Source: Candidatus Omnitrophota bacterium (GTDB lineage Bacteria > Omnitrophota > Gorgyraeia > 2-02-FULL-51-18). Taken from it: a stretch of DNA of 64,000 nucleotides. A program made the translations under genes and the position numbers. The DNA lies in NCBI GenBank assembly GCA_016197155.1, contig JACPWF010000025.1, forward strand, positions 28,276 through 92,275, written 5' to 3'. Below, in pieces: positions 38,524-50,008 of this stretch (position 1 is the first letter of the stretch; the number at the start of each line of letters is the position of its first letter). A model generated the notes under the pieces. It ran no database searches. It was given only the letters and a program-made list of their open reading frames with translations, and was not told the origin of the DNA.

Positions 38524-39828
38524 CTAGCTTCTAACTTTTAACTTTCTCGCCGGCACTCCCACAACCACCACACGGTCCGGCACGTTTTTTCCCTTCGTGA
38601 CCACCGCCCCCGCGCCGGTCTTGGCGGAGCGGCCCACCGTCACCGGCGCCACGAGCACCGTGCCGCTTCCGATTTCGGCGCCGTCCTTGATGACGGTTTT
38701 GTGTTTTTTCCGGCCGTCGTAATTGGCGGTGATCGTGCCCGCGCCGATATTGACCGACGAACCGATCGCGGCGTCGCCCACGTAGCTCAAATGTTTCACA
38801 AGCGTCTTTTTGCCGATCACCGAGCGCGTCACTTCCACGAAATTTCCGATCACGCTTCCGTCGCCGATCCGCGAGCCGCCGCGGACGCGCGCGAACGGGC
38901 CGATCACGCAGTTTTTGCCGATCACCGAACCTTCCTCGATCACCACGTGCGGTAAAACGACCGTGCCCGCGCCGATCACCACACCCTCGTCGATCCATGT
39001 GGTCTTTGGGTCGCGGATCCGCACCCCGTTTTCGATGTGTCTATTCAAAATTTTTTGTTCCATCATCGCCTCGATCCGGACCAGGTCGCTTGGCGTGTTC
39101 ACCCCGAGTGTTTCTTCCCGGTCGGAGGCGACCACCGCGCGCACCTTCCCGTTTTTAGCCAAAATTCCGACCGCGTCCGTCAAATAATATTCATGCTTCG
39201 CGGCATTGACCGAAACCTCGCCCAGCGCCCGGAAAAGCGGGGCGGCCTTAAACACATAACAGCCGACGTTGATCTCGCGGATCTTTTTTTCTTCGGCGGA
39301 GGCGTCGTTTTCTTCGATGATCTTTCGCACCGAGCCGTCCGCGGCCCTTTGAATCCGCCCATACCCCAAGGGATTTTCGCTCTCCACCGCCAAAAGCGTG
39401 CAATCCGTCCCGTGCCGGCCGTGATCCGCGACGAGCTCTCCCAGGGTCTTCGCGGTAACCAGAGGCGTGTCGCAGTACAAAACAAGCACCGAACCGTCAA
39501 ATCCGGAGAGCGCCGCGCGGGCCTGACTCACGGCATGCCCGCTGCCGAGCTGTTTTTTTTGATGGACAAGGGCCGTCGAGCCGTTCAAAAAATTCCTCAC
39601 TTCGCCGATCCGGTGGCCCGCGACCACCACGGTTTTTCGCGCGCCAAACGCGCGCGCGGCGTTCAAAAGAAATTCCACCATCGGCCGCCCGCAGATCGGT
39701 TCGAGCGCCTTGGGGCCGTCCGACTTGAGACGCGCGCCGCGCCCCGCGGCCAAAATGACCGCCGCCAGCGGTGAGCGCGGTCGAACCGCCAGCCTAGGCG
39801 ATCTTTTTCTCTTCAACTTTTTTTTCAA
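38524..39828 (-). CDS. glmU: Bifunctional GlmU (start uncertain)
   Basis: [44 protein letters not shown]. Confidence 0.93.
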   Translation of the reverse strand: MKKKLKRKRSPRLAVRPRSPLAAVILAAGRGARLKSDGPKALEPICGRPMVEFLLNAARAFGARKTVVVAGHRIGEVRNFLNGSTALVHQKKQLGSGHAVSQARAALSGFDGSVLVLYCDTPLVTAKTLGELVADHGRHGTDCTLLAVESENPLGYGRIQRAADGSVRKIIEENDASAEEKKIREINVGCYVFKAAPLFRALGEVSVNAAKHEYYLTDAVGILAKNGKVRAVVASDREETLGVNTPSDLVRIEAMMEQKILNRHIENGVRIRDPKTTWIDEGVVIGAGTVVLPHVVIEEGSVIGKNCVIGPFARVRGGSRIGDGSVIGNFVEVTRSVIGKKTLVKHLSYVGDAAIGSSVNIGAGTITANYDGRKKHKTVIKDGAEIGSGTVLVAPVTVGRSAKTGAGAVVTKGKNVPDRVVVVGVPARKLKVRS

Positions 39829-41041
39829 TGAACAAAGGCTTCTGCCGTCCGAGAACGACGGGGCCGTCGATCACGCATTCGGCGATCCCCTCCATCGACG
39901 GCAGGTCGTACATCACGTCGAGCATCAGCGTCTCCAGGATCGCGCGCAGGCCCCGCGCGCCCGTTTTCTTTTTCATCGCCTCGCGGACGATTTCCAAGAG
40001 CGCCTCGTCGGTGAAAGTGAGCCGCACGCCCTCCATTTCAAAAAATTTCTGAAATTGCCGGACGAGCGCGTTTTTTGGCTTCACCAAAATGTCCAGAAGG
40101 TCTTTTTCACCGAGCGGCCGGAGCGCGGCGATGACCGGAAACCGGCCGACGAATTCCGGGATCATTCCAAACTGCACGAGGTCCTCGGTCTGGACCAGAT
40201 CCGTGAGAAATCGGCCGGGTCCGACGGCCGGCGCGGGCCCGTGATGGGCCGAAAAACCGATACTGCGCTTGCCGAGCCTTTTTTCAATGATTTGATCGAG
40301 GTGACTGAAGGTCCCGCCGCAGATGAAGAGGATGTGGGTCGTGTCCACCTGGACGGTTTCGGTCTGGGGGTGTTTGCGTCCGCCCTGGGGCGGGACGCTG
40401 GCCTTGGTGCCTTCCAAAATTTTTAAAAGCGCCTGCTGGACGCCTTCGCCCGAGACGTCGCGCGTGATGGAGACATTGTCGGAAGTTTTGCCGATCTTGT
40501 CGATCTCATCAATGTAAACAATGCCGGCCTGCGCGCGCTCGACGCTGTGCTGGGCATCCTGGAGGAGTCGGACGATCACGTTCTCGACGTCCTCCCCGAC
40601 GTAACCGGCTTGGGTGAGCGTCGTCGCGTCGCAGATCGCGAACGGCACCTTTAAAATCCGCGCGAGTGTGCGCGCCAAAAGCGTTTTTCCGGAGCCCGTG
40701 GGGCCGATCAAAAGGACGTTTGATTTTTCAAGCTCCACGTCGCGCGCGTCGACGGGCGAAAACACACGCTTGTAGTGATTGTACACGCTCACCGAAAGCT
40801 GTTTTTTGGTCTGGTCCTGGCCGATGACGTATTCATCGAGAATTTTTTTGATTTCGGCGGGCTTGGGCAGGTTCACGACCGGCTCGGGGGCTTTTTTGGC
40901 GCCGTCTTTTTCGCGGGAGATCACCTGACCGCAAAATTTGACGCATTCCTCGCAGATAAAAACGTCCGGCCCCGAAAAAAGCTTCTCATCGCTTTTCACG
41001 AGCTTCTGGCAGAACGAACACTTTTGAATCGTCGGTTTCAT
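39794..41041 (-). CDS. clpX: ATP-dependent Clp protease ATPase subunit ClpX
   Basis: CSFC...CEEC Zn finger, [26 protein letters not shown] loop. Confidence 0.96.
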   Translation of the reverse strand: MKPTIQKCSFCQKLVKSDEKLFSGPDVFICEECVKFCGQVISREKDGAKKAPEPVVNLPKPAEIKKILDEYVIGQDQTKKQLSVSVYNHYKRVFSPVDARDVELEKSNVLLIGPTGSGKTLLARTLARILKVPFAICDATTLTQAGYVGEDVENVIVRLLQDAQHSVERAQAGIVYIDEIDKIGKTSDNVSITRDVSGEGVQQALLKILEGTKASVPPQGGRKHPQTETVQVDTTHILFICGGTFSHLDQIIEKRLGKRSIGFSAHHGPAPAVGPGRFLTDLVQTEDLVQFGMIPEFVGRFPVIAALRPLGEKDLLDILVKPKNALVRQFQKFFEMEGVRLTFTDEALLEIVREAMKKKTGARGLRAILETLMLDVMYDLPSMEGIAECVIDGPVVLGRQKPLFIEKKVEEKKIA

Positions 41042-41376
41042 TAGTTTTTATCTTTAATGACTAAAATCTGTTTTTTTAAAATGGGTAATTTATGCCTGAC
41101 AATGTCCCACACTACTTCCAAATCAATCCCGAAATATTCATGGGCCAAAATGTCTCTCAGACCGCCGATTTTTCTCCACTCCACCTCGGGATGTTTCTTC
41201 CGGGTCTGTTGGGGAATGTTTTTCGACGCTTCGCCCAAAATCTCGAGATTACGAACAACCCCGTCAATAACCAATTCGTCTCTTTTTAACTGCCGGAGGG
41301 TCTTGCCTCCAGTATATTTTTCAATCCGTTGGATGGCCTCCAGCATGTCATCCAAATATAAATCATGATCACGCAT
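41041..41376 (-). CDS. HepT-like (DUF86) HEPN ribonuclease toxin
   Basis: RNLEILGEA and RDILAHEYF (RX4H plus Tyr). Confidence 0.88.
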   Translation of the reverse strand: MRDHDLYLDDMLEAIQRIEKYTGGKTLRQLKRDELVIDGVVRNLEILGEASKNIPQQTRKKHPEVEWRKIGGLRDILAHEYFGIDLEVVWDIVRHKLPILKKQILVIKDKN

Positions 41377-41662
41377 ACTGAACTTCGGACAGCACCTGTT
41401 TTTTGATTTTCTGTTTCAGGGCCTCCTTGATGACCAGGTCGACTTTCCTGTGAAAAACCTTCTCCAAATAAAATTTAAGCCCGATATAGTTGTCAAACGT
41501 CTTTGTGCCTTTGTTGAATTCCACGATCACGTCAATATCGCTCCCGGGACGCTGATCCGAGTGAGAAAATGAACCAAAAATGCCCATTTTTTTGACGCCA
41601 AAAGCCCCGATTTCTTCAGAGCATTGTTTTATCGTTTTTAATATTTTATCTTTTGTAAGCAT
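41369..41662 (-). CDS. MntA-like minimal nucleotidyltransferase antitoxin
   Basis: FGSFS...SDIDV (GSX10DXD) and KVDLV. Confidence 0.88.
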   Translation of the reverse strand: MLTKDKILKTIKQCSEEIGAFGVKKMGIFGSFSHSDQRPGSDIDVIVEFNKGTKTFDNYIGLKFYLEKVFHRKVDLVIKEALKQKIKKQVLSEVQYA

Positions 41663-41694
41663 TTTCGCTTGTTCCTTGTAAATGCAAAGAAGAA

Positions 41695-41765
41695 CTGCCC
41701 CGCTAGGATTCGAACCTAGACAATCGCCTCCAAAGGGCGGTGTGCTACCATTACACCACAGGGCA
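41695..41765 (-). tRNA. tRNA-Gln(TTG)
   Basis: TGCCCTGTGGTGTAATGG...CTTTGGA loop...GGTTCGAATCC. Confidence 0.93.
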
Positions 41766-41770
41766 ATGCG

Positions 41771-42625
41771 TCAGTAAGTTGATGTTACAAACACCTGCCA
41801 CCCTTTGCGTTTTCTAAAAAAACGAGAGGCTCGAAACGCGGCGGCCATGGAACCGAAAACTCCAAAAACCGAAGAACCACTGCCGGACATGAGGCTGGCC
41901 ATGGCGCCCTGGTTTTTCAAACTTTCCTTTATTTCAAAAATTGTCTTAACTCTTTTATTAAGAGAGAGTTCCAGACTATTGGCCAAGAGTTTGGAGAGCG
42001 TCCCCACATCACCCTTTTGAATAGAATGGAGGAGCATTTTAGCATCGGGTTTTTGGGGTGTCAAGTGCCGCGTCTTTAAGGCCCCGTATGCCGCTTTCGT
42101 GGAAATCCCGAATGGCGGTTTCACCAGACAATGCCAAATCCGCCGGCCATGCGCGGGGATGCGTTTTAAAATTTCCCCCCTCCCCCGGCCGAGCGCGAAG
42201 GAAGTCTCGAGCACAAAAAAAGGAACGTCACTGCCCAGCTCGAAAGCCAGTTCCCGAAGTTTCTTTTTTGAAAGATGAAGCCGCCAAAGACGGTTCAGGC
42301 CCAAAAGCACGGCCGCCGCGTCGCTCGAGCCGCCGCCAAGGCCCGCCGCGACGGGGATTTTTTTTTCAAGTTTAATGAAAACGCCTTTTCGGACGCCGGT
42401 GTGTGCGCGCAAAAGCGCGGCCGCGCGAAAGGCGAGATTTTCCGGGCCGCTTGGAATTTTGGGATCGGAGCATTCGAGTTTGATCCCGGATTTCCGCGGC
42501 GAAAGGGTGAGGGTGTCGCAAAGCGACACGCGTTCAAAGAGGGTTTCGATCTCGTGGGTGCCGTCCGGCCGCCGGCGTCTCACGTTTAAAAAGAGGTTGA
42601 TCTTTGCCGGGGCCCGGATTTTCAA
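41771..42625 (-). CDS. ispE: 4-diphosphocytidyl-2-C-methyl-D-erythritol kinase
   Basis: APAKINLFL, IPVAAGLGGGSSDAAA, GSDVPFF, MSGSGSSVF. Confidence 0.96.
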   Translation of the reverse strand: MKIRAPAKINLFLNVRRRRPDGTHEIETLFERVSLCDTLTLSPRKSGIKLECSDPKIPSGPENLAFRAAALLRAHTGVRKGVFIKLEKKIPVAAGLGGGSSDAAAVLLGLNRLWRLHLSKKKLRELAFELGSDVPFFVLETSFALGRGRGEILKRIPAHGRRIWHCLVKPPFGISTKAAYGALKTRHLTPQKPDAKMLLHSIQKGDVGTLSKLLANSLELSLNKRVKTIFEIKESLKNQGAMASLMSGSGSSVFGVFGSMAAAFRASRFFRKRKGWQVFVTSTY

Positions 42626-43542
42626 TTCTTCTCGGCCGCGGCCTCGGTGGCGGACGGGGAGACGCCAAAAAGTTTAAAGGCGTCCCGGACCGACTGCGAT
42701 TCGGTGAGGTACCGGTCGAGAATTTCCTGATCGGTGATCCGCTTGGCCTGATAATTCAGAACCGTCTCTTTGTCCAGAGTGAGTTTTTGCCGGTTCAGGT
42801 AATCCTGGATTTCGATCGCGCCGTAGTCCGTAAACCCGTAATCCTTCAGAACGCCCGAGGCCGTGTGAAAAATGTCGAGCATGGTTTTGTGCGGATTCTC
42901 CTCCTGCAGGGACAGGGTCGAAAAACGGAACACGCGCTCTCCATGAGAGGCGTCGAACGATCCCTCGATCAATACAAACCGGCTGCTTGTCTCCTCGGCG
43001 TCCTCGCGGGATTCCCTGGCAAAACCCAGCCGCACGCGCTGGGCGATCTGTTCGGCCAAAAAATCTTCAAGCTTCACTTCCTTCAAAATAAAATTGCCGT
43101 TTCCGCGCCCGACCGGCCGGTACTTGCCCTGGCGGAACACGGTGCGGTTGATGGATTCCTCGATCCCGATCGCGTCGGCGTTCGCGCGTTTGGTGTCGTC
43201 GAGAGACCGGAGGATCACCAGTTCATTCAGATACTTTCGGTCGCGCACGATCACTTCGCAGAAATCGATCGCCAGGTCCGTCGAGAGCGCCACGCGCGTC
43301 ACCGCCTGCATCACCTGCCCCATTTTTTCGTGGACCGCGCGCGGAATCTGGCCCTTGGCGTCGAGGAGGTCGTTGATGGACAAAAGCGCCCCGACGGTTT
43401 TGCCCGCCACTCGCGCTTTGACGGCAAGATTATTTTCCTTTAGACAAATGTCCTGAATCGACTGGGGAACGGTGTTCGCGGGGTAGGTGTAATCCGGGCC
43501 GCAACCGGAGACAAAAAACGCGCCCGCGAGAAATGACCGCAA
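42622..43542 (-). CDS. Hypothetical lipoprotein (start uncertain)
   Basis: Hydrophobic stretch with lipobox VSGC; long open frame in operon context. Confidence 0.6.
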   Translation of the reverse strand: MRSFLAGAFFVSGCGPDYTYPANTVPQSIQDICLKENNLAVKARVAGKTVGALLSINDLLDAKGQIPRAVHEKMGQVMQAVTRVALSTDLAIDFCEVIVRDRKYLNELVILRSLDDTKRANADAIGIEESINRTVFRQGKYRPVGRGNGNFILKEVKLEDFLAEQIAQRVRLGFARESREDAEETSSRFVLIEGSFDASHGERVFRFSTLSLQEENPHKTMLDIFHTASGVLKDYGFTDYGAIEIQDYLNRQKLTLDKETVLNYQAKRITDQEILDRYLTESQSVRDAFKLFGVSPSATEAAAEKN

Positions 43543-43570
43543 AAGAAAAAGGCGCGTTTTTGAACAAAAA

Positions 43571-45217
43571 TTACTTATTGGGACCGCCCTTGGGAACGTA
43601 TTTCGACGCGACGCGGGGATTGGATTTCCCGTATTCCTTGAAGATCGCTTCGATCTCGTCATAATCCAGCTCTTTTTTCTCAATGAGTTCCTGCGCGAAC
43701 CGATCAAAGATCACGTGTTCTTTTTTGAGGAGATCCTCGACCTGCCTCATGCAGGACTGGATGATCTCGTGCGTCTCCGCGTTCAGTTTGTCCTTCACAC
43801 TGCCCGAGAGCTGATCGGCCGGAATGCTCGTGTAGTCTCCGAGCGACTCGGTCTTGCCCATGCCGAGGCTCCACACCATGTAATGCGCGAGTCTCATCGC
43901 GTGCTGGAAGTCGCTCGAGACACCGCTCGAGGTCACGCCGAATTTCACCTTTTCGGCCACGTAACCGGCGATGAGGACGCAGATCTGCGCGACAAACCAG
44001 TCGCGGTTGCGGAACATCTCGTCCTCTTTCGGCAGGGAATACGTCACCCCGCCCGCGGGACCCCGCGGGATGATCGACGCCTTGAAGACATCGTCGGTCG
44101 GATGCATGAGATAGGTCACGATCACGTGCCCCGTTTCGTGGTAGGCGGTGATCTGCATTTCTTTTTCGCTGACTTTGCGGTTTTTCTTTAACCCCAGATC
44201 GATGCGTTCCATCGCTTCGGAGAGATGCTGGGCCAAGACCTTGTCCTGCTTCGAGCGCGTGGCGATGAGGGCGGCTTCTTTGGTGATATTGGCGATGTCC
44301 GCGGGGCTTTTGCGGACGGCCTTTCGCGCGAAACGCGCGACATCGATCGATTCGTCAAATTTGATCTTGGATAAATAATAATGGAAAAGCGCCTCGCGCT
44401 CCTCGAGGTCCGGACGGTCCACGAAAATTTTACGGTCGAACCGGCCGGGACGCAGGAGCGCCTCGTCCAGCGTGTCCTCGGCGGCGTTCGTGGCGCCGAT
44501 CACGATCACGTTTTCGTCTTTTTCTTTCAGGCCGTCCATCTCGGCGAGCAATTGGTTCTGGGTGGAGTTGGTTTCTTCGGTCCCGCCGAACGCGGAAAAA
44601 ACGCGCTTGCGGCCGACCGCGTCGATTTCATCGAGGAACACGATGCACCCGCCCTCGGCATAGGCCAGGCGGCGCGCCTTTTGAAAAAGCTGTCTCACGC
44701 GCGAGGCGCCGACGCCGACAAACACCTCCACAAACTCCGAACCCGACATGGAAATGAAGGGGATCCCCGCCTCGGTCGCGACTGCCTTCGCCAGATACGT
44801 CTTCCCGCATCCGGGAGGGCCCATCATGAGCATCCCGCGGATGATGTTGCCGCCGATTTTTTTGATGCGCGCGCGGTCTTGAATGAGTTCGACGAGCTCC
44901 CGCGCCTCCATCTTCGCGGCCTCCATGCCGATGACGTCCTTCCAATGGATATTGACGCCCTCGCTTTTGACCTGCCTTTTCTTCAGTTTTTGAAGGCCGC
45001 CCTGAAGCACCCAGGCGTAGAGCACGACGAAAATGACGGCACTAATGGTCGCCTGGAGTCCCATCGTCGACAGCCAGGCCACCATGTACGAACGCTGGTA
45101 CGAATCAATGGAGCGCAGGGCCGCGACCGGGATCCAGAAAATGAAGACGACCCAGGCGACCACCACGATCTTGACCCAGTGATTCCACCAAAATAATTTT
45201 AACTTTCTCCAGAACAT
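43571..45217 (-). CDS. FtsH-like AAA+ zinc metalloprotease
   Basis: Two N-terminal TMs, GPPGCGKT, LLRPGRFDR, HETGH (HExxH). Confidence 0.9.
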   Translation of the reverse strand: MFWRKLKLFWWNHWVKIVVVAWVVFIFWIPVAALRSIDSYQRSYMVAWLSTMGLQATISAVIFVVLYAWVLQGGLQKLKKRQVKSEGVNIHWKDVIGMEAAKMEARELVELIQDRARIKKIGGNIIRGMLMMGPPGCGKTYLAKAVATEAGIPFISMSGSEFVEVFVGVGASRVRQLFQKARRLAYAEGGCIVFLDEIDAVGRKRVFSAFGGTEETNSTQNQLLAEMDGLKEKDENVIVIGATNAAEDTLDEALLRPGRFDRKIFVDRPDLEEREALFHYYLSKIKFDESIDVARFARKAVRKSPADIANITKEAALIATRSKQDKVLAQHLSEAMERIDLGLKKNRKVSEKEMQITAYHETGHVIVTYLMHPTDDVFKASIIPRGPAGGVTYSLPKEDEMFRNRDWFVAQICVLIAGYVAEKVKFGVTSSGVSSDFQHAMRLAHYMVWSLGMGKTESLGDYTSIPADQLSGSVKDKLNAETHEIIQSCMRQVEDLLKKEHVIFDRFAQELIEKKELDYDEIEAIFKEYGKSNPRVASKYVPKGGPNK

Positions 45218-45218
45218 T

Positions 45219-45314
45219 TTACCGCTCTCTTTTCTTATGCCTGTCGCGACGCCGTCTCTTTTTCCTTTTATGGACGGCCATCTTGTGGCGCTTTCGTTTT
45301 CGACCGCAAGGCAT
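45219..45314 (-). CDS. 31-aa basic protein, bS22/AURKAIP1-COX24-like small ribosomal protein (not in the ORF track)
   Basis: MPCGRKRKRHKMAVHKRKKRRRRDRHKKRER with an AGGAG RBS upstream. Confidence 0.8.
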   Translation of the reverse strand: MPCGRKRKRHKMAVHKRKKRRRRDRHKKRER

Positions 45315-45328
45315 GCGTCAGTCTCCTC

Positions 45329-46213
45329 TTAGTAAATCACTTTATTGAGCGGATACTCAATGATCCCCTCGGCGCCCGCTTCCTTCAGCTTCGGAATGAG
45401 CTCGCGGACCACTTTTTCATCAATGATCGTGTCCACGTCAAACCACCCTTTTTGCGCCAAATTGGAAACAGTGGGATTTTTCATCGCCGGCAAAAGGGAA
45501 ACCACTTTTTTCAAATTTTCTTCGTTCACGTTCATCTTGAGGCCGACCTTGGCCTCCGCGTGAATGGCGCCCTCGAGCAGCATCGCGATGTGTTGCATCT
45601 TCTCTTTTTTCTTCGCGTCTGTCCATGCTTTTTTATTGGCGACGAACTGCGTGGTCGAGCGGCAGAGCGTCTCGACGATCCTTAAATTGTTCGCGCGGAG
45701 CGATGAACCGGTCTCCGTGAGCTCGACGATCGCGTCGACGAGGCCCGACCCGACCTTCACCTCGGTGGCCCCCCAGCTAAACTCGACGTCGGCCTCGACG
45801 CCGCGCTCCTTCAAATATTTCTCGGTGAAACCTTTGAGCTCCGTCGCGATCCGCTTGCCTTTCAGGTCCTTCACCGCCCGGATCGGCGAATCATTCGGCA
45901 CCGCCAGCACCCAGCGCACGGGATTGGTGCCGGTCTTCGCGTACACCAGTTCCTTCACGCGCACGACGTCGGAGCCGTTTTCCTGGATCCAGTCCTCGCC
46001 CGTGATCCCGCAGTCGAGCGCCCCGTCCTCGACGTAGCGCGACATCTCCTGCGCGCGGATGAGGACGCACTCGATCTGGTCGTCGTCGATATAAGGAAAG
46101 TACGAGCGGGAACCCACCGTGATGTTGAAACCCGCCTTCTTGAACATCTTAAAGGTGGATTCCTGCAAACTGCCTTTCGGCAGGCCTAATTTTAATTTTC
46201 CCGATTGAGCCAA
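45329..46213 (-). CDS. hisG: ATP phosphoribosyltransferase (long form)
   Basis: [33 protein letters not shown]. Confidence 0.96.
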   Translation of the reverse strand: MAQSGKLKLGLPKGSLQESTFKMFKKAGFNITVGSRSYFPYIDDDQIECVLIRAQEMSRYVEDGALDCGITGEDWIQENGSDVVRVKELVYAKTGTNPVRWVLAVPNDSPIRAVKDLKGKRIATELKGFTEKYLKERGVEADVEFSWGATEVKVGSGLVDAIVELTETGSSLRANNLRIVETLCRSTTQFVANKKAWTDAKKKEKMQHIAMLLEGAIHAEAKVGLKMNVNEENLKKVVSLLPAMKNPTVSNLAQKGWFDVDTIIDEKVVRELIPKLKEAGAEGIIEYPLNKVIY

Positions 46214-46290
46214 TGAATGAATCCCCTCATGAATTCCCTTAAAGAGCGAAAAATCCCGCCCTTTCTTCCTCTTTCAGGCGGGATTGGCAG

Positions 46291-46360
46291 AGTATAACAC
46301 AGCCAAAAGCGGGATGTCAATTTTACCCCGCTTGCATTTTCACCCTCCCTTCCTTATAAT
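46291..46360. promoter_or_regulatory. Divergent sigma70 promoters (hisG on minus, chaperone gene on plus)
   Basis: Minus: TTGACA-18-TATACT (46320-46291). Plus: TTGCAT-17-TATAAT (46332-46360). Confidence 0.6.
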
Positions 46361-46369
46361 GCCCTTCTT

Positions 46370-47803
46370 ATGCTCAAATTCCTCCGCGCCAAGAAGGTTC
46401 AACACCGGATCTACCTCATTCTCGCGGCGGTCATCATTCCCCCGTTTCTTTTCTGGGGGGTCACCGTGTCCCAAAAGGAAGGCAAAAACCCGTCGTCGCT
46501 GGGCCTCATCGACGGCCGTCCGGTTTCCGTTCAGGACTACCTCGGCAGTTACAAGGCCGTTCAGCGCCAGGCGACGTTCCTTTTCGGAGAGAGGCTCAAA
46601 TCCCTCCAAAACCGGATCAATTTCAAAGGCGAGGCCTGGGACCGGCTACTTTTGGTTCACGAGGCCAAAAAAGAAAACATCCGCGTCTCCGACGAGGAGG
46701 TGGTGGACTGGATCGGCCGCCAGCCGGTTTTTCTGAGCAAGGGCCGCTTCGACGACCGGTACTACCAACTGTACGTGGACCGCGCCCTGCGCATGAGCGC
46801 GCGTGATTTCGAGGAAGAGATCCGCCAGACGCTCCTCATTCAAAAACTCCAGGAAAAAGTGCGCTCCACGGCCACGCTGTCCGATGAGGAATTGAAGGAT
46901 CTCTACCGCCGCAAAAAGGGCGGGCTCGACCTCGTGTACGCGGTCCTCCCCTGGGAATCCGAAAAAGAAAATGTGAAAGCGGACGAGAAATCGCTCGAGG
47001 CCCGCTTCGCCGCGGCGCCGGACAAATGGAAAACTCCGGAGAAAGTGAAGATCCGCTACCTCTTTGTGCCCAAAGAAAACACCGGGGCCGCGGCGATCCG
47101 CGACGAGAAGCAGTTGGACCTCGACGCGCTTGCCAAAAAATACGGCCTTTCGGTAAAGGAGACCGCCGCCTTCTCCAAAAACGACGCCGTGCCGGACCTG
47201 GGCGGCTATGAGGAACTTTTGAGTTTAAGTTTTCTTCTCAAAACCGGCGAAGAATCCGGCTGGATGTCCGTGGACGAGGGGATGTTCAAATTGAAATCCG
47301 CCGGCCGCGAAAGCGCGCGCGATCTGACATTCGAAGAGGCCAAAGAAGACCTGCGCCGCGATTTCGTGAAAGAAAAAGCGACGGCGCTCGCCGTTAAAAA
47401 ATTGGACGAACTGGCCAGGCCCATGCCGGCCGGAGAAGACTTTGCCGCGTTCTTTAAAAATAAGGGGATCGAAACGAAAACGATCGGGCACTACACCTCC
47501 GCGGCGGACCTGGCGCCTCTCGGAAATCCCGAAAGGGCCGAAAAAAATATCTCGAGCTTAAAACAGGGCGAGCGAAGCGCGGCGTTCGCGGTGCCGCAGG
47601 GCGCGGCCGTCGTGAAAGTGGTGAAAGAATCCGCGTTTGACGCGAAAAAATTTGAGGAGGAAAGGGACTCCTTCCGGAAAGAGGCCTTGATTCAAAAAGG
47701 CCGCGAGGCGATGCAGGCCCTTTTGGAAAAACTGCGGAATGCCCTCAAACTCAACCTGGAAATGATGAAGGACCTTTTTCCCGCCGAAGACGCTAAGCCC
47801 TAA
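46370..47803 (+). CDS. SurA N-terminal domain / PpiD-like periplasmic chaperone
   Basis: MLKFLR..., IIPPFLFWG anchor, [18 protein letters not shown]...Y, TFEEAKE. Confidence 0.8.
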   Translation: MLKFLRAKKVQHRIYLILAAVIIPPFLFWGVTVSQKEGKNPSSLGLIDGRPVSVQDYLGSYKAVQRQATFLFGERLKSLQNRINFKGEAWDRLLLVHEAKKENIRVSDEEVVDWIGRQPVFLSKGRFDDRYYQLYVDRALRMSARDFEEEIRQTLLIQKLQEKVRSTATLSDEELKDLYRRKKGGLDLVYAVLPWESEKENVKADEKSLEARFAAAPDKWKTPEKVKIRYLFVPKENTGAAAIRDEKQLDLDALAKKYGLSVKETAAFSKNDAVPDLGGYEELLSLSFLLKTGEESGWMSVDEGMFKLKSAGRESARDLTFEEAKEDLRRDFVKEKATALAVKKLDELARPMPAGEDFAAFFKNKGIETKTIGHYTSAADLAPLGNPERAEKNISSLKQGERSAAFAVPQGAAVVKVVKESAFDAKKFEEERDSFRKEALIQKGREAMQALLEKLRNALKLNLEMMKDLFPAEDAKP

Positions 47804-48266
47804 ACGTCCTCTCCTTCTTTCCCAAAAGTTCCTTTAGTTCCTTCATGAACTGATTGATGTCCTTGAACTGCCGGTACACCGAGGCGAAGCGTACGTACGC
47901 GACCTGGTCGAGTTTGTGCAGGTGGTCCATCACCAGCTCCCCGACGACCTGGGCCTTCACTTCCTTGTCGAAACTTTTTTGAAGTTCCTTTTCCACCCGG
48001 TCGACGACGGCCTCCACTTTTTCCATCCCGACCGGGCGCTTTTCGCAGGCCTTTAAAATCCCCGAGATGATCTTGTTGCGGTCAAACGGCTCGCGACGGC
48101 CGTCTTTTTTCACGACCATGAGCGGGATCTCCTCGATGTACTCGTAGGTCGTGAAGCGCTTCTTGCATTTCAGGCATTCGCGGCGGCGGCGGACACTTTT
48201 GTCTTCGTTCGACGAGCGCGAATCGATGACCTTGTCTTCGGTGTGAGAGCAGAACGGGCATTTCAT
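47793..48266 (-). CDS. nrdR: Transcriptional repressor NrdR
   Basis: [26 protein letters not shown] cone, AYVRFASVY. Confidence 0.97.
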   Translation of the reverse strand: MKCPFCSHTEDKVIDSRSSNEDKSVRRRRECLKCKKRFTTYEYIEEIPLMVVKKDGRREPFDRNKIISGILKACEKRPVGMEKVEAVVDRVEKELQKSFDKEVKAQVVGELVMDHLHKLDQVAYVRFASVYRQFKDINQFMKELKELLGKKERTFRA

Positions 48267-49528
48267 TTTTGGGCCTTTAAGTTTTTTAAAAGTTCGGGGT
48301 ATAAGGGAAACTGCTCCGCGAGCGCACGGACTTTTTCGCGCACGGCCTCGATCTTCGAGGGATTCGAAAGGTCCGATAAAACGGAATCAATGCATCCGGC
48401 GATTTCGCCCATTTCTTTTTCCTTCATGCCCCGTGTCGTGACCGCCGGGGTGCCCAGACGAACGCCGCCGGCCTTGAACGGGCTTTGCGTGTCAAACGGG
48501 ATCGCGTTTTTGTTCACCGTGATCGCCGCGTGATCGAGCGCTTCGGCGCAGTCCTTGCCGGTGAGGCCCTTTTCATTCACGTCGACGAGCATCAGATGAT
48601 TGTCCGTGCCGCCCGAGACGAGGCGAAAACCCTTTTGGATGAGCGCGGCGGCCAGGACCTGCGCGTTTTTCACGATTTGATTCTGATAAATTTTGAATCC
48701 GGGCTCGAGCGCCTCTTTTAGGGCCACGGCCTTCCCCGCGATCACGTGCATGAGCGGGCCGCCCTGGAGGCCGGGAAAAACTTCGGCGTCGATTTTTTTC
48801 GCGAAGTCTTTTTTGCAAAACACGAGTCCGCCGCGCGGGCCGCGGAGCGTTTTGTGCGTGGTTGTGGTGACAAATTCGGCGTGCGGCACGGGACTCGGAT
48901 GAAGCCCCGCGGCGACGAGACCCGCGATGTGCGCCATGTCGACGAAAAAAAACGCGCCCACCTTGTCGCAAATTTTCCGGAAGCGCGCGAAATCGATGAC
49001 GCGCGGATAGGCCGAGGCCCCCGCCAGGATCATCCGGGGCCGGTGCTCGAGCGCCAGCGACTCGATCTCGTCGTAATCGATGCGCTCGTCTTTTTTCGAG
49101 ACGCCGTACGGCACGATCTTGAAAAATTTGCCCGAAAAATTCATGGGGTGCCCGTGCGTCAGGTGCCCGCCGTGGGAGAGATTCATCGCCAGCACCGTGT
49201 CGCCGGGCGCGAGGGCCGAAAAATAAACGGCGGCGTTCGCCTGGGAACCCGAATGCGGCTGGACATTCACGTGCTCGGCGCCGAAAAGTTTTTTCGCTCT
49301 TTCGATCGCGAGGTCCTCCGCCACGTCCACGTTCTGACAGCCGCCGTACCAGCGCTTGGCGGGATAGCCCTCGGCGTATTTGTTGGTGAGCGACGAGCCC
49401 ACGGCTTCCATCACCGCGGGGCTTGTGAAATTTTCGCTCGCGATGAGCTCGATATTGTCGTTCTGGCGCTGGGTCTCTTTTAAAATCGCCCTAAAAATTT
49501 CCGGATCTTCTTTTGAAAGCGCGCTCAC
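48263..49528 (-). CDS. glyA: Serine hydroxymethyltransferase
   Basis: [34 protein letters not shown]. Confidence 0.98.
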   Translation of the reverse strand: MSALSKEDPEIFRAILKETQRQNDNIELIASENFTSPAVMEAVGSSLTNKYAEGYPAKRWYGGCQNVDVAEDLAIERAKKLFGAEHVNVQPHSGSQANAAVYFSALAPGDTVLAMNLSHGGHLTHGHPMNFSGKFFKIVPYGVSKKDERIDYDEIESLALEHRPRMILAGASAYPRVIDFARFRKICDKVGAFFFVDMAHIAGLVAAGLHPSPVPHAEFVTTTTHKTLRGPRGGLVFCKKDFAKKIDAEVFPGLQGGPLMHVIAGKAVALKEALEPGFKIYQNQIVKNAQVLAAALIQKGFRLVSGGTDNHLMLVDVNEKGLTGKDCAEALDHAAITVNKNAIPFDTQSPFKAGGVRLGTPAVTTRGMKEKEMGEIAGCIDSVLSDLSNPSKIEAVREKVRALAEQFPLYPELLKNLKAQK

Positions 49529-49995
49529 TTTTTCTTTTTTCCCTTTTTAAGGAGACCCACTTTTTTCTCGATTTGCGCGATCTGGCTCACGCGCCGTTTG
49601 TGCCGCCCGCCCTCAAACCGGGCCCCCAGCCAGCTTTTTAAGATGGTTTCGGGGTCGTCAAAAAGGTGCTCGGAGCCGAGGACCAGAATATTCGCGTCGT
49701 TGTGCTGGCGCGACAGGACTGCGACGTTCTTGTCAAAGCAGATCGCCGCGCGCACGCCGGGAAGTTTATTGGCCACCATCGCCATTCCGTTGCCGCTTTT
49801 GCAGATCAGGACCCCGAGGTCCGCTTTTTTTTCGGACACGGCCTTGGCCACCTTGTACGCGTACTTCGGGTAATCGCAGGGCTCGGGTCCGTTCGTCCCG
49901 TAGTCCGCCGTCTGATAGCCGGCCTGCGCCAGAAAATCCTTTATCTCGCTTTTTAAACGGAAACCGCCGTGATCCGCGCCGAGCGCTATTTTCAT
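49525..49995 (-). CDS. rpiB: Ribose 5-phosphate isomerase B
   Basis: [34 protein letters not shown]. Confidence 0.95.
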   Translation of the reverse strand: MKIALGADHGGFRLKSEIKDFLAQAGYQTADYGTNGPEPCDYPKYAYKVAKAVSEKKADLGVLICKSGNGMAMVANKLPGVRAAICFDKNVAVLSRQHNDANILVLGSEHLFDDPETILKSWLGARFEGGRHKRRVSQIAQIEKKVGLLKKGKKKK

Positions 49996-50008
49996 TTCGT
50001 GGGCCCTT

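Noticed and set aside
46252-46285. His attenuator upstream of hisG
   Set aside because: A hairpin (AATCCCGCC...GGCGGGATT) is present, but no His-rich leader peptide is visible.
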